Below, one piece after another: positions 9,168 through 18,705 of a DNA stretch of 64,000 nucleotides (position 1 is its first letter; each line of letters starts with the position of its first letter). Source of the DNA: an uncultured delta proteobacterium (GTDB lineage: Bacteria > Myxococcota > Kuafuiibacteriia > Kuafuiibacteriales > Kuafuiibacteriaceae). The stretch spans positions 1 through 64,000 of the forward strand of contig CAWDML010000010.1 in the NCBI GenBank assembly GCA_963803435.1. Reading direction: 5' to 3'. The notes below the pieces were generated by a model. That model made no database searches and was not told the origin of the DNA. It worked only from the letters and a program-made list of their open reading frames with translations. Position numbers and translations under genes: made by a program.

Positions 9168-10136
9168 CTAGCGGCGGACGGTGAGGGCGTCGTCGATGTC
9201 GCGGCTCGTGACGAAGTAGCCGTCACGGTCGGCGCGCATGCGGTCGGTCATCGCGCGCTCGGCGGACTCGATGATGAGGACGTCGTCTCGTCCGGCGCGA
9301 GGGTCGTCCTTGCGAGGCGTCGCGTTCGCAGCGTCGCGAAGCGCCTGCTCGAAGGACTGGACCACGTCGTCGGTGAACCAGCGGGAGGCGGGGATGCCGA
9401 CGACGACGTCGAGCTGCTCGGTCTCGCCCGCGAGGCTCGCCACCAGGTCGGCGACGTCGGCGGTGCGAAGCTCGAACGCGATGCTCGCCTCGGCGCTGCC
9501 GCGCTCGACCAGCTTCTTCTGGCCGCACATGACGGGATCGCCGTCGGGATCCTGCGCGCAGTGGACGGGATCGCCGTCGGGATCCTGCGCTTGCAGGCGC
9601 GGATCCGAGTCGTGGGTCTTCGCCTTGCGTCCCTCGACCGGATCGTCCGGATGATCCTCCGCGGACGCGGTCGTCTTGAGCGAGCTCTGGCCGCCGTGGA
9701 TCGGAGAGGCGTAGTAGCGGCCGGTGACGATGATCGAGGAAGCGTCGAGCGCCGCGGAGGGCGCGATGTGGAGGTAGACGGCGAGGTCGTCCTGTCCGAG
9801 GAACTGCTCGGGGAAGGGAAGGTCGAGCTTCGACTCGTCGGCGCCGTAGAACTCGAGGATCGTGGCCTGGGAGAGCAGGTTGAAGCCGCCGGGCGGAATG
9901 CGCGGGTCGGCGGCGAGCAGTCGCACCTCGGCCAGGTTGAGGCGGATGTCATCGATGACCACGCGATCGGCGAGGCCGGCGTCGAGGAGATCGGAGACCT
10001 CGAGGGCGGCGCTGATGCTGACCTCGGCCTCGGTCGGGGCCGGGGCTTCGAGCGTGGCGTCGAGATCGGTCGGCTCGGTGCCGCATGCGACGGCACCCAG
10101 AAGAACAATGGGCGCGATGACTCGGTTCGTCTTCAT
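9168..10136 (-). CDS. Hypothetical lipoprotein with DPDGDP repeats
   Basis: Signal peptide with lipobox AVAC; two AQDPDGDPV repeats; start overlaps the stop of the upstream sigma54 activator. Confidence 0.75.
   Translation of the reverse strand: MKTNRVIAPIVLLGAVACGTEPTDLDATLEAPAPTEAEVSISAALEVSDLLDAGLADRVVIDDIRLNLAEVRLLAADPRIPPGGFNLLSQATILEFYGADESKLDLPFPEQFLGQDDLAVYLHIAPSAALDASSIIVTGRYYASPIHGGQSSLKTTASAEDHPDDPVEGRKAKTHDSDPRLQAQDPDGDPVHCAQDPDGDPVMCGQKKLVERGSAEASIAFELRTADVADLVASLAGETEQLDVVVGIPASRWFTDDVVQSFEQALRDAANATPRKDDPRAGRDDVLIIESAERAMTDRMRADRDGYFVTSRDIDDALTVRR
9531..9590. repeat. 27-bp intragenic direct repeat x2 (33-bp period)
   Basis: GACGGGATCGCCGTCGGGATCCTGCGC at 9531-9557 and 9564-9590. 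Confidence 0.9.
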
Positions 10137-13100
10137 CGGATCACTCCCTGGCAGAGAGACTTGAGCTCCTCGCTCCCGTTGATGATCTGGGAGAGCCTCG
10201 GCCTGCGCATGCCGAGGACCTCCGCTGCGCGCGTGATATTACCCTTGGTCAGGCGAAGCGCGCGAGCAATCGCCTGCTCCTGGATGCGCCGCTTGAGCTC
10301 GGGCAGTGGAACACCCAGCTCGAAGATCTGGGAGAGGAGCTCCCCGTCGACGGCCTGACGGGTCGCGACCTCGCTGTCCGGCGGCGGTCCAGGAGGTGCG
10401 GATGTCGGTGGAGGTGGTGTGATCGCCTCGATCGCCGGCGGGGGCGGAGCCTGGATCGGGGTTCGCGCCACTGGTCCTTCCTGGAACAGCTCGCGGTACT
10501 CGTCGAAGTCCCGGACGTCGATCACGTTGCCCTCGCAGAACAAGGCCACCGACCGGATGATGTTCTCGAGCTCGCGGATGTTCCCAGGCCAACCGTAGCT
10601 CTGGAGCAGCTCGATCGACGCGCCGGAGAGCGACTTCTCCACGGTGCCGCTCTCGGCCGCGTACTGGGCGAGGAAGTGCTGCGCCAGCTCGACGATGTCC
10701 TCGGGGCGCTCGCGGAGCGGGGGCATGTCGATGGTGAGCCCCTTGAGCCGATAGTAGAGGTCCTCGCGGAACGCGCCGTCTTTGACCATCTTCGCCAGGT
10801 TGCGGTTGGTGGCGAAGATGATGCGCGCTTCGACCTTGATCGGGCGGCCGCCGCCGACCCGCTCGAACTCCCGCTCCTGGAGCACGCGGAGCAGCGCGAC
10901 CTGGGTCTTCGGCGAGATGTCGCCGATCTCGTCGAGGAAGAGCGTGCCGCCGCTGGCCATCTCGAAGCGCCCGATCTTCCGCTGGTGCGCGCCGGTGAAC
11001 GAGCCCTTCTCGTGGCCGAAGAGCTCGGACAGGAGCAGCGTCTCCACCAGCGCGGCGCAGTTCAGCTTGACGAAGGCGCCCTTCGCGCGGGGCGAGCTCC
11101 TGTGGATCGCCTCGGCGACCAGCTCCTTGCCGGTGCCGGACTCGCCGTAGATGAGCACGGTGCCCTCGCTGGCGGCGACGCGATCGAGGATGTGGAAGAC
11201 GCGGTTGAGCTTCGACGAGCCGCCGACGATCGCGGCGTACTTCTGGCGCCACTCGGGGGTCCGCTCGGTCCGCGCTGCCGGTGGGGGCGCTGAGATCGCG
11301 ATCGTGCGCTCCGTCCGCTCGATCCGCGGGCGCGGCGCGGGCCGGCCCTCGAGCTCCGCCATCGCCTCGCGCACCGCGGTCTGGCTGCGGGCTGCCAGGA
11401 ACTTGGCGCGGAGATCCTCGGGCAGCTCCTCGGCCACCGCGCTCTGGATCTCGTGGGCCGCCATGATGTGCATCCGGGCGGTCTCGAGCTGACCTGCGGC
11501 GAAGTGGGCACGGCCGAGCTCGAGCTCGGCGTCGCGGACGAACAGTCGCCGCTGCCGTCGCTCGAACTCGGCGCGGGCCTCCTCGAGCATCCGGATCGCG
11601 GTCTCGCCGGCGCCGAGCAGCTTGGCCTCCAGGAAGACGGCGCGGGCGGCGAGCAGCGGGCTCTCCACCGAGACCAGCGCCTGCTTGACCTCGAAGAGGG
11701 TGGCCTCGGCCCGGTCCAGCTCGCCGAAGCGGAGCTGGAGCTCGACCAGCTCCACCATCGCCTCGAGGGGACGCTCCACGGCCAGCTTCCGCTGGAGGAC
11801 CATCGCCTCCCGCAGCTTCGCCTCGCCCTCGGCCGCCAGCCCCATCTCGGCGAGGATGGCGCCCTCGAGGCTGATCGCGATGGCGACCACGCGCTCGACC
11901 CCGGTGAGGCGCGCCAGCCGGAGCGCCTCGTCGTTGTGCGCCTTGGCGCGGGCCGGGTCGCCGCAGATCAGGTAGAGGTTGCCGAGGTTGTGCAGCACGC
12001 GGGCGAGCTGCGTGCGGTTGCCCAGGCGGCGGAACAGCGACTTGCACTCGCGGTAGCACTCGATGGCGCGACCGAGCTCGCCGTTCTGGTGATAGACGAC
12101 GCCGAGGTTCATGTAGCCGAACGCGATGCGCCAGAGATCGCGGGCGTCGCGGGCCTTCTCGATGCCCTCGAGCAGGTTCGCCTCGGCCTTCGTCGCGTCA
12201 CCGGTGCGGAGGTGCGTGATGCCCAGGTTGACCAGGGCGCCCGCCAGCTCGCGGACCAGGCCGGAGCCCTCGGCGAGGGCGCGGGTGGTCTCGAACAGCT
12301 CGACGGCGCGCTCCGGTTGATCGTCCGCCAGCGCGATCTTGCCCAGCTGGTTGGTGAGATCGATCCGCGGCTTCACGGTGGTCTCGGCCTGGGTCTGATC
12401 GAGCAACGCGATCCCGGCGCGCCCGCAGGCGGCGGCCTTCTCCAGCTCGCCGAGGTGATAGTAGGCCTCGCTGGCCTTGGCCTCGATGCTCGCGCGCTCG
12501 GCGAGGTCGGCGGTGATCGTCTTGGCCTCCTCGAGGGACAGGAGCGCCTGGTCGTAGTCACCGGTGGCGTTTCTGAGCTCGGCCTCGCGCTGGTGGGCGG
12601 GACCGCGCGCCTCGATGGGGAGCGCCGCCTTCCACGCCTCGACGTAGCGGAGCGCGGTGCGCGGGTGCCCGGTGAGCGGCGCCAGCTCGGCGAGACGGGC
12701 CAGGATCGAGAGATAGAGCTCGCCCTGGGCGTGCGGGCGCGCGTCCTCGAGCATCCCGAGGGCGGCGTCGAAGGCGCCCGCCACCGCGTAGGTCTCAGCG
12801 GCCTGCACCGCCAGCGGGACGCCGCGCTGCGGCTCGCTCGAGCGCAGCTGATGATGCGCGAGGAGCGCGGGACCGCCGTGGTCCTGCTCCTTGGTGAGCG
12901 CGGTCGCCCAGGCGCCGTGCAGCCCGGCACGCTCCTCTTCGGCGAGGGAGCGCAGCGTGACCTCGAGATCGCGGCGGCGGTTGAAGGCGAACTGGAACTC
13001 GCCGTTGTGGATCTTGCGATCGACGATCTTCGAGTCGCGGAGCGTGCTCAGCGCGGAGGCTGTGTCCTTGAGCGCGAGATCGGCGACCCGGGCCAGGAGA

Positions 13101-13981
13101 CGTGCCGAGGCGGGGCGACCGAAGACGGCCAGGGCGCGGAGCGCGCGCCGGCAGGGCTCGTCGAGGGACGCGAGCTTCTTCTCGAAGAGCTCCTCGACGT
13201 TGGTGGGGAGCGCGTCGATGAGCGCGTCGAGCTCCTGCGGTAGGCCTTCGCAGGCCGACAGCAGCTTCTCGAGGACGTGGGACGACTGGACGTAACGGCG
13301 GAGGCCGTCGAGGTCGAGGCCCTCGAGGAGGAGGGCCTCGGCGGTGGTGCGCTCGGCGATCTCGCCCAGGAAGTCCTTCACGCGCTCCGGCGTGCTGGCG
13401 TCGTCGCGGACCAGGAACGTGAGGAGGCCGGGTCGCGGGTGCTCGGGATCGAGGGCCGGATCGCCGAAGAGCTCATCCGCCAGGTAGCCGGCCAGCTCGA
13501 GCGTGTCCTTGTCGGCGTGCTCGAGGTCGTGAATCACGACGAGCAGCCGGGCAGCCTCCGACACGCCGATCAGGAGGCGGCGGAAGGCGTCGAAGAAGGC
13601 GAGCTTCTGGTCGAGTGAGGGTGCCTCGTCGCCGGCGGCGGCGAGATCGAGGACGGGGGCGAGATCGCCGTAGAGCGGATCGAGGATCTGCGCGGTGAGG
13701 TTGTTCTGCTCGGCCCACAGGATCGCCTGGTGCGCGACCTCGGCGAACGGGTGGAAGCTCTTGCCGGCGGCCGAGAGGGTGCGGCCTTCGAACACGACGC
13801 TGGCCGCTTGCGCGGAGGCGTGGCGGACGAGGTCGTCGGCCAGGCGCTCCTTGCCCACGCCGCGGCGGCCGTGCAGCACGACCACCGAGCCCTGATCGGC
13901 GTTCAAGAGCGCGATCAGGCGCTCGAGCTCAGCGGCGCGCGGGTTGTCGGTGGCTTGGGCGGGGGCAGCAACGTCGACCAT
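10133..13981 (-). CDS. Sigma54-dependent transcriptional activator with N-terminal P-loop ATPase-like and TPR domains
   Basis: GRRGVGKE P-loop; TPR array; GESGTGKE, ELFGHEKGSFTGA, LFLDEIGD, FREDLYYRL, WPGNIRELEN; C-terminal Fis-type HTH. Confidence 0.93.
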   Translation of the reverse strand: MVDVAAPAQATDNPRAAELERLIALLNADQGSVVVLHGRRGVGKERLADDLVRHASAQAASVVFEGRTLSAAGKSFHPFAEVAHQAILWAEQNNLTAQILDPLYGDLAPVLDLAAAGDEAPSLDQKLAFFDAFRRLLIGVSEAARLLVVIHDLEHADKDTLELAGYLADELFGDPALDPEHPRPGLLTFLVRDDASTPERVKDFLGEIAERTTAEALLLEGLDLDGLRRYVQSSHVLEKLLSACEGLPQELDALIDALPTNVEELFEKKLASLDEPCRRALRALAVFGRPASARLLARVADLALKDTASALSTLRDSKIVDRKIHNGEFQFAFNRRRDLEVTLRSLAEEERAGLHGAWATALTKEQDHGGPALLAHHQLRSSEPQRGVPLAVQAAETYAVAGAFDAALGMLEDARPHAQGELYLSILARLAELAPLTGHPRTALRYVEAWKAALPIEARGPAHQREAELRNATGDYDQALLSLEEAKTITADLAERASIEAKASEAYYHLGELEKAAACGRAGIALLDQTQAETTVKPRIDLTNQLGKIALADDQPERAVELFETTRALAEGSGLVRELAGALVNLGITHLRTGDATKAEANLLEGIEKARDARDLWRIAFGYMNLGVVYHQNGELGRAIECYRECKSLFRRLGNRTQLARVLHNLGNLYLICGDPARAKAHNDEALRLARLTGVERVVAIAISLEGAILAEMGLAAEGEAKLREAMVLQRKLAVERPLEAMVELVELQLRFGELDRAEATLFEVKQALVSVESPLLAARAVFLEAKLLGAGETAIRMLEEARAEFERRQRRLFVRDAELELGRAHFAAGQLETARMHIMAAHEIQSAVAEELPEDLRAKFLAARSQTAVREAMAELEGRPAPRPRIERTERTIAISAPPPAARTERTPEWRQKYAAIVGGSSKLNRVFHILDRVAASEGTVLIYGESGTGKELVAEAIHRSSPRAKGAFVKLNCAALVETLLLSELFGHEKGSFTGAHQRKIGRFEMASGGTLFLDEIGDISPKTQVALLRVLQEREFERVGGGRPIKVEARIIFATNRNLAKMVKDGAFREDLYYRLKGLTIDMPPLRERPEDIVELAQHFLAQYAAESGTVEKSLSGASIELLQSYGWPGNIRELENIIRSVALFCEGNVIDVRDFDEYRELFQEGPVARTPIQAPPPPAIEAITPPPPTSAPPGPPPDSEVATRQAVDGELLSQIFELGVPLPELKRRIQEQAIARALRLTKGNITRAAEVLGMRRPRLSQIINGSEELKSLCQGVIR

Positions 13982-14007
13982 TCATCCGGCTCCAGGAGCG
14001 TACTCCG

Positions 14008-14023
14008 TACAATCTGCGTGCCA
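14008..14023 (-). promoter_or_regulatory. Putative sigma54 -24/-12 promoter of the activator gene
   Basis: Minus strand TGGCACGCAGATTGTA versus consensus TGGCACG-N4-TTGCW, ~27 bp upstream of the ATG at 13981. Confidence 0.65.
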
Positions 14024-14114
14024 CCTGTCAAAAATCGAACAGGGCGAGAAACCGCGGTTTCCGGCCCAAAATCGACGCATCGGATCGATGACGGAGGTGG
14101 CGTTCGTTAAGAGT

Positions 14115-15092
14115 CTAACAGCCGGGAAATCGTTCGCCGATACGAAGATGACGCCCGGCGCCCCGGAGGAAGTCGCCGGCAGACATGGGGCGTTTTCCCG
14201 CGGGCTGGAGCGTCAGGATCCGGACGGCGCCGCGCCCGGCCGCCACGATCAGGCCCAGGCCGGCCTCCAGAAGGGTTCCAGGGGTCCCGTCCCCCGGCGC
14301 GGCCTCCGCCTGGCCGACCTTGAGGGGCTGGCCGTCGGGCAGGCGGACGAACGTGCCCGGCCAGGGATCGAAGGCCCGGATTCGCCTCAGGATCTCGTCG
14401 GCCGGCCGGGTGAAGTCGAGGCGCCCGTCCTCCTTCTTAAGTATGGGGGCGAAGGTGGCGGCCGCGTCGTCCTGGGGCGTCACGATCAGGCCCTCGGTCT
14501 TCGCTCGCCGGATCCCGTCGACGACGGTCTGGGCGCCGACCACGGCGAGGGCCTCGGTGAGGCTTCCGCCCGTCTCGGTGCCATCGAGCGGGAGCCGGCG
14601 GACCAGGAGGACCGGACCCTCGTCGAGCCCCGCGGTCATGCGCATCAGCGAGACGCCGGTCTCCGGATCGCCGGCGAGGATCGCGTGCTGGATCGGGGAG
14701 GCGCCGCGATGCCGCGGCAGGAGCGACGCGTGGACGTTCCAGCTCGAGAACGCGGGCGCCCCGAGGACATCGGTGGGGAGGATGCGGCCGTACGCGATCA
14801 CGACGGAGAGATCGATCGTCTCCGCCCGCAGGCGACCGGCGAGCGCGCCGTCCTTGAGCTTGGTGGGCTGGAGGACAGGAATGGCGTGGCGCTGCGCCAA
14901 GACCTTCACGCTGGGGGCCTCGACGTTCTTGCCGCGGCCCTTCGGTCGATCCGGCTGGCAGATCACCAGCGCGACGTCGTCCTCGCCAGCGTCGATCAGC
15001 GCGGAGAGGACCGTCGCGGCGATCTCCGGCGTCCCGAAGAAGGCGAGGCGGAGCCTCCGATCCGGCAGGTGGATGATCTCGGGTGCGGTCAG
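14115..15092 (-). CDS. fmt: Methionyl-tRNA formyltransferase (start uncertain, possibly CTG overlapping the def stop)
   Basis: AFFGTPEIA, QPDRPKGRG, VIAYGRILP, NVHASLLPRHRGASPIQ, GLDEGP; follows def. Confidence 0.95.
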   Translation of the reverse strand: MTAPEIIHLPDRRLRLAFFGTPEIAATVLSALIDAGEDDVALVICQPDRPKGRGKNVEAPSVKVLAQRHAIPVLQPTKLKDGALAGRLRAETIDLSVVIAYGRILPTDVLGAPAFSSWNVHASLLPRHRGASPIQHAILAGDPETGVSLMRMTAGLDEGPVLLVRRLPLDGTETGGSLTEALAVVGAQTVVDGIRRAKTEGLIVTPQDDAAATFAPILKKEDGRLDFTRPADEILRRIRAFDPWPGTFVRLPDGQPLKVGQAEAAPGDGTPGTLLEAGLGLIVAAGRGAVRILTLQPAGKRPMSAGDFLRGAGRHLRIGERFPGC

Positions 15093-15625
15093 ACGTCCGC
15101 CTCGTCCTGCGCGCGCTTCTTCAGCTTCTTCTTCACCATCGACTGCTTGAGGCGGCTCAGACGATCGACGAAGAGGACGCCCTGGAGGTGGTCGATCTCG
15201 TGCTGGAGGCAGACGCCGAGCAGGCCCTCGGCCTCGATGCGGATCTCCACCCCCTCTCGGTTCAGGCCCTTCACCACGACCTTGGCGGCGCGATCGACCT
15301 CGTCGGTGTAGCCGGGCACCGAGAGGCAGCCCTCCTCCCACGTGATCTTGCCCTCGGCCTGGACGACCTCCGGGTTCACGATCGCGTAGGGCTGGACCGG
15401 CTTGAGCGGCGGGGGCTCATCCTTCTCCCGAACGCCGCAGTCGACCACGATGATGCGCTTGGTGATGCCGACCTGCGGGGCCGCAAGTCCTACGCCCTCG
15501 GCCTCGTACATGGTCGCGAACATGTCGTCGATGAGCTGCCTGATCGCGTCGTCCACCTGCTCGACGGGCGCGGACTTCTCCGCCAACCGAGGATCCGGAT
15601 AGGTGAGGATGGGAAGGAGCGCCAT
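15089..15625 (-). CDS. def: Peptide deformylase
   Basis: GVGLAAPQVG, EGCLSVP, QHEIDHLQG motifs. Confidence 0.97.
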   Translation of the reverse strand: MALLPILTYPDPRLAEKSAPVEQVDDAIRQLIDDMFATMYEAEGVGLAAPQVGITKRIIVVDCGVREKDEPPPLKPVQPYAIVNPEVVQAEGKITWEEGCLSVPGYTDEVDRAAKVVVKGLNREGVEIRIEAEGLLGVCLQHEIDHLQGVLFVDRLSRLKQSMVKKKLKKRAQDEADV

Positions 15626-15684
15626 GTCCAAAGTGTAGGCAGACGGTCTCGAGGCGGCAACCAGAACTGGTATGTTGAGAGGGC

Positions 15685-17076
15685 ATGGGCGAGCTCATCG
15701 TCCTCCTCCTGGCGGTCTGCGTCGGGGTCGCCACCGCCAAGGCGCGGTCGACGGCCCGATCGCGCACGCTCGAGCTGGCGCTCAGCCCGTTCGGCCTCCG
15801 CATCATCCGCGCCGGGGACGTCTCCGAGTTCCTCATCCCGTCGCCGCTGTTCCGCATCAACTCCATGACCTACGAGGGCACCGTCGCCGGGCTCCGGTTG
15901 ATCGTGCAGACGCAGGTTCGTTTCGTCGATCGGCAGGGGAGCAATCTCGGAAACTTCATCGCCCGCGGGGAGCAGGGGCGCGCCCTGCAGGTGCACTTCG
16001 TGCGGATGGTGATCGACGCGTCGAGCCTCATCCCCAAGGGCTTCGCGCTCCATCTGCACTTCGGACACGACTTCAACGTCCTCGGCGATGAGGCGCTGGC
16101 CGCCGCGATCCTGGACGGCGAGCTCCGCGCCGTCACCGGGCGGGGAGACGAGCTCTCCATCGAGGACGGCCGCGTGGTGTTCGAGTCGCCGTTCTTGGTG
16201 CAGCGGCACCCGCAGCGGGCGGTGGAGGGCCTGCTCCGGATGATCCGCCGCCTGTCGGACGTCCTCAAGGGGCGGGTCGAGCTGATCGACCTCCTGCTCG
16301 ACAACGTCGAGCGCGATCACGACCCCACGGTCCGGGCCAACGCCGTCGACACGATCTTCCGCATCGAGGCCGACTCGATCCAGCGCGAGCGCGCGGCGTT
16401 GCTGGCGCTGGCCGATCACGATCCGGAGGTGCGCTTCGCGGCGGCGCGGCACCTGGGCGCGCGGGGCATCGACGTGATCACGGAGATTATCGGCACCGAG
16501 ATCCTCCACGAGAGCGTGCAGCAGCGCGCGCTCCGGTACCTGGCGCGGGCGTTCCCCGAGCGGGCACAAGCGATCCTCCCGGTGGCGCTCGCCAGCCGCT
16601 CGGAGCAGCTCCAGGCCACCGCCATCCAGCTCGCGGCCGAGAGCTCGGATCGCGCGTTCGCCGCAACCGCGCTGGCGAGGATCGAGCCGCTCAGTTACTT
16701 CAATGCAACCCGCCTTGCGGAGGCGCTCGGCAGCGTGGGCGGGCGCGGGGCGGAGGCGGCGCTGATCGAGCTGCTCTACTTCCGGGCGCGCCGGGGGCTC
16801 ATGCTCGATCTCGACATGCGCATCGCCGTCGCAGACGCGCTCGGGCGCGTGGGCTCGCTGCTGGCGGTCCGGCATCTGCACCCGTACGCGGAGGGCCACC
16901 TGCACGACGACAACCTGCGGCTGGCGGCGGCGACGGCGATCGAGCTGATCCAGGCGCGGGCGGGCGGGGCCAGCGGGGGCGGAGCGCTGTCGCTGGTGGA
17001 GCTGCCGGCGGAGGTGGGGAAGCTGAGCGTGGCGGACGAGGAGCGGGGGGTGGTGAGCCTCCAGGAGCTCGAATAA
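15685..17076 (+). CDS. Membrane-anchored HEAT-repeat protein
   Basis: N-terminal hydrophobic segment; HEAT-like units DPTVRANAV, DPEVRFAAARHLG, RIAVADALGRVG. Confidence 0.75.
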   Translation: MGELIVLLLAVCVGVATAKARSTARSRTLELALSPFGLRIIRAGDVSEFLIPSPLFRINSMTYEGTVAGLRLIVQTQVRFVDRQGSNLGNFIARGEQGRALQVHFVRMVIDASSLIPKGFALHLHFGHDFNVLGDEALAAAILDGELRAVTGRGDELSIEDGRVVFESPFLVQRHPQRAVEGLLRMIRRLSDVLKGRVELIDLLLDNVERDHDPTVRANAVDTIFRIEADSIQRERAALLALADHDPEVRFAAARHLGARGIDVITEIIGTEILHESVQQRALRYLARAFPERAQAILPVALASRSEQLQATAIQLAAESSDRAFAATALARIEPLSYFNATRLAEALGSVGGRGAEAALIELLYFRARRGLMLDLDMRIAVADALGRVGSLLAVRHLHPYAEGHLHDDNLRLAAATAIELIQARAGGASGGGALSLVELPAEVGKLSVADEERGVVSLQELE

Positions 17077-17115
17077 CCGCCCAACCTGACGGTCAGGCTC
17101 GTAGTTGTTCGGGCC

Positions 17116-18705
17116 TCAGGAGGTCCGGATCACCCGGATCGGCACCGACGACTCGATCCAGTACAGGTCCGTGCGGCGATCCCGAAGCGGACGCACCGAG
17201 CCGAACTCGCGCGCCTGCTCCAGCGCACCGAGGTCGAGATCTGCGATCACGACCGTCTCGGTGTTGAGATCGGCGGCGGCCGCAAGGGCGTCCGTGGGGA
17301 AGTGGAAGTCGCTGGGCGTGCAGATCACCGCTTGGCCGTAGTTGATCAGGAAGTTCTCGACCTGCGGGAGGTTGCCGACGTTGCCGGAGAGGGCCACGTA
17401 GATGATGTTCTCCACGGCGCGGGCCTGTGCGGTGTAGCGGACGCGCAGGTAGGCCTTCTTCTCGTCCGTGCTGAAGGGGACGAAGAGGACCTCGATCCCG
17501 TAGAGCGTCATCAGCCTCGCCAGCTCCGGGAACTCGACGTCGTAGCAGACGAGGATGCCGATGCGGCCGTAGGGCGTCACGAAGATGCGGATCTCTTCGC
17601 CGGGGCGGATGCCGTACTCGTCTCGCTCGTTCGGCGTCACGTGCAGCTTGTCCTGCGTGTAGACGTCGCCCGCGGGAGAGAAGAGGTGGGCGACGTTGTA
17701 GATGTACTCGCCTCGTTTGACCGGATGCGAGCCGCCGATGATGTACAGCCCGGTCTTGGTGGCGCGGGAGCGGAACATCTGCACGTAGCGATCGGTCATG
17801 GTGGCGAGCACCGAGACCGCCTCCTTCGAGGGGATGCGCGGATCGAGCATCGAGAAGAGCTGCGCGGTGAAGAGCTCGGGGAAGAGGAGGAAGTGGCAGT
17901 GATATTGGACTGCGGTGGAGATGAAGAAATCGACCTGCTGCTCGAGCTCGCCCCACGAGGCCACGCGGCGCATCTCGTACTGCGCGGAGCAGACCCGGAT
18001 CTTGCGGACCGGACGGTTGATCGGAGACCCGGCGATGCGCCGTCGCTCGGAGTTGAACCGCGGGTTCGTGTACTCGAGGAAGGTGGCGAAGTCCAGGCTG
18101 TGGGCGTCGGCGAGATAGCCCATGTGCACGCCGCGAACCTGGTAACCGGCCCGGAGATGCGCGTTGAGGGAGGGGTCGGTGAGCTCTCCGGCGATGACCT
18201 TCTCGACGTACTCTTCGGGCGTCAGCTTGCCGGCATGCTTGCGGTAGCCGGGGATCCGGCCGCCGGCCACCATGCGGCGGAGGTTGAAGCGGCGGACCAG
18301 CTTTCGCCGCGCCTCGTAGAGCTTGTTGGCGATGCCGCGCCGGCGGAAGTCGGGGTGCACCGCGATGTCGGCGCCGTAGAGCGTGTCGCCGCTGGGATCG
18401 TGGGTGCTGAAGGTGCCGCCGCCGGTGATCTCGCTGTACGAGTACCAGGGTGAGCTATCGTCGATCTGGACGATCAGGGAGGTGGTGTAGCCGACGACGC
18501 GATCGTCCAGGAGCGCCACGTTCTGGCCCTCCGGGAAGGCCTCGAGCTGGAGCGTGAGCTGGCGGGTGTCGCAGAGGCCGGTGGCGGTGCCGTAGGCGGC
18601 GGCCTGCACCTCGTAGATCGCGGGGATGTCGTTGATGGTCGCGCGCCTGACCTTCACGCCGCCGGAGCCCGGCGCTCGGCGTTTTTGTCTGGGTGCGTCC
18701 ATCAT
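17116..18705 (-). CDS. Bifunctional GNAT acetyltransferase / carbon-nitrogen hydrolase
   Basis: GNAT motif VHPDFRRRGIANKLY; nitrilase triad FPELF, QDKLH, VCYDVEFPE. Confidence 0.92.
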   Translation of the reverse strand: MMDAPRQKRRAPGSGGVKVRRATINDIPAIYEVQAAAYGTATGLCDTRQLTLQLEAFPEGQNVALLDDRVVGYTTSLIVQIDDSSPWYSYSEITGGGTFSTHDPSGDTLYGADIAVHPDFRRRGIANKLYEARRKLVRRFNLRRMVAGGRIPGYRKHAGKLTPEEYVEKVIAGELTDPSLNAHLRAGYQVRGVHMGYLADAHSLDFATFLEYTNPRFNSERRRIAGSPINRPVRKIRVCSAQYEMRRVASWGELEQQVDFFISTAVQYHCHFLLFPELFTAQLFSMLDPRIPSKEAVSVLATMTDRYVQMFRSRATKTGLYIIGGSHPVKRGEYIYNVAHLFSPAGDVYTQDKLHVTPNERDEYGIRPGEEIRIFVTPYGRIGILVCYDVEFPELARLMTLYGIEVLFVPFSTDEKKAYLRVRYTAQARAVENIIYVALSGNVGNLPQVENFLINYGQAVICTPSDFHFPTDALAAAADLNTETVVIADLDLGALEQAREFGSVRPLRDRRTDLYWIESSVPIRVIRTS

